Assembly (NCBI GenBank): GCA_043228905.1
Contig: JBHGNT010000010.1
Coordinates: 19,158,001-19,222,000, forward strand
DNA: 64,000 bases
Direction of reading: 5' to 3'
From: Azolla caroliniana
Taxonomy: Eukaryota; Plantae; Polypodiophyta
Shown here: piece by piece, positions 63,009-64,000 of the stretch
Numbering within the stretch: the first letter of the stretch is position 1
How the letters are laid out: the number at the start of each line of letters is the position of its first letter
Translations under genes and position numbers: made by a program
The notes under the pieces: model-generated
The model's input: only the letters and a program-made list of their open reading frames with translations
What the model was told of the DNA's origin: nothing
The model's database searches: none

Positions 63009-63475
63009 TCATTGGCAGAGGTAGAGGTCGTAGTTGGTGCCATAGGCGCATGTTTGGGTCTTGTCGACCGTGTATCCAGTGTAGTAACCATTGGGACAAG
63101 CACTAGCGGAGTCCGCGGTGCAATCGACCGTGACACATCCCGAGTTGGAGGGGACAACCTTCAAGGGGATATTGAAACCTGCGAGGACCGAGATGTCATA
63201 GTAGTCGAGGTTGCTGCTTCCGTCCACTGTGATCTCGAACTGTGAGACCCCGGATGGGGGCCCCGTGTTGCACGCTTGTCCGGAGCACCCTGTGTTGGCG
63301 ATAGCCCACATTGTCCCGCTCACCCAACTCGGGGACGCACCCACTGTCCATGTCTGTCCGGATGCCAACTCGGAGCACCCCCCGCCCACCCCGTTGCTTG
63401 GCACCCAATATTTGGCGCACACCGTGTAGCCGCAAGTGTTGTGCACTGTGATCGTGGTTGCCTCTGATGCCCAAA
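63009..63475 (-). CDS. TLP: Small thaumatin-like protein (PR-5), last exon; the signal-peptide exon probably lies beyond the window end
   Basis: TTITVHNTCGYTV, LASGQTW, WVSGTMW, GPPSGVSQFEIT, DYYDISVLAGFNIPLKVVP, CPNGY, TC..GTNYDLYLC*; 10 Cys. Phase-1 acceptor CACAG|TTTGG at 63476/63475, just before the ASEA|TT signal cleavage site. Confidence 0.9.
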
Positions 63476-63559
63476 CTGTGCCAAGGATCAAGACAAATAT
63501 TCAACAATTGCATGTAAATCATATTTAGTGGACAACAAATTTACACAACATGACTAATT

Positions 63560-64000
63560 AAGAGCACAAATACCATTAACAAATTTATATGGGTCTCAAT
63601 TTGTTAGTATCGTGGATGCATTATGATTAGTTACTAATAACAATTAACAAAGGATGTGTCTAACCAATTTACATGGCTCTCAAATAGTTAGTATCATCAA
63701 TGCATTATGACTAGTCACTAACAACAATTAACAAGGATGTGTTTAACAAATTTATAAGGGTCTCAAATAGTTAGTATCATCGATGCATTATGATTAGTTA
63801 CTACTAAAAATTAACAAAGGATGTTTTTAACAAAATTATATGGGTCTCAAATAGTTAGTATTATCAATGCATTATGATTAGTTACTCTAACAACTAACCA
63901 AGGATGTGTTCAACAAATTTATATGGGTCTCAAATTGTTAGTATCATTGATGCATTATGATTAGTTACTAATAAAAATTAACAATGGATGTTTTTAATAA
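63560..64000. repeat. ~84-bp minisatellite (at least 5 units) in the TLP intron, running off the window
   Basis: GG(G/C)TCTCAA anchors at 63591, 63675, 63758, 63842, 63925. Confidence 0.95.

Overview
AT-rich, intron-containing land-plant nuclear DNA; the gene style (PLS-PPR, short introns) suggests a non-seed plant such as a fern, which is an inference. I reconstructed nine protein-coding genes by hand from splice sites and protein motifs: a reticulon (RTNLB, +), a VOC/glyoxalase-like gene (-), inositol-phosphorylceramide synthase (+), an intronless GT34 xyloglucan xylosyltransferase-like gene (-), a BORCS8/MEF2BNB-like gene (-), TRM5 (-), a RING-H2 E3 ligase (+), a PLS-E PPR gene (+) and a small thaumatin-like gene (-, 5' end outside the window). 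There is also a tRNA-Ala(AGC), a complete non-autonomous hAT element with an 8-bp TSD, several intronic minisatellites, a 100-N gap, and a near-identical 3,077-bp duplication that ends exactly at the gap. The most interesting observations are: (i) a ~146-bp satellite family present twice in opposite orientations, each time followed on the same strand by an unrelated decayed gene fragment (sugar-porter; PPR), suggesting a gene-capturing element; (ii) an intact GT34 whose DxD and other active-site motifs are substituted; (iii) a RING-H2 ligase with SIM-like and ubiquitin-binding-like motifs (candidate STUbL); (iv) phase-compatible cryptic exons that would remove the reticulon's KKXX ER-retrieval signal; (v) a small, GC-rich TLP with a remodelled acidic cleft; (vi) a uORF in IPCS and a GC-AG intron in TRM5. 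No finding is proven to be a new system, and all need the checks listed.
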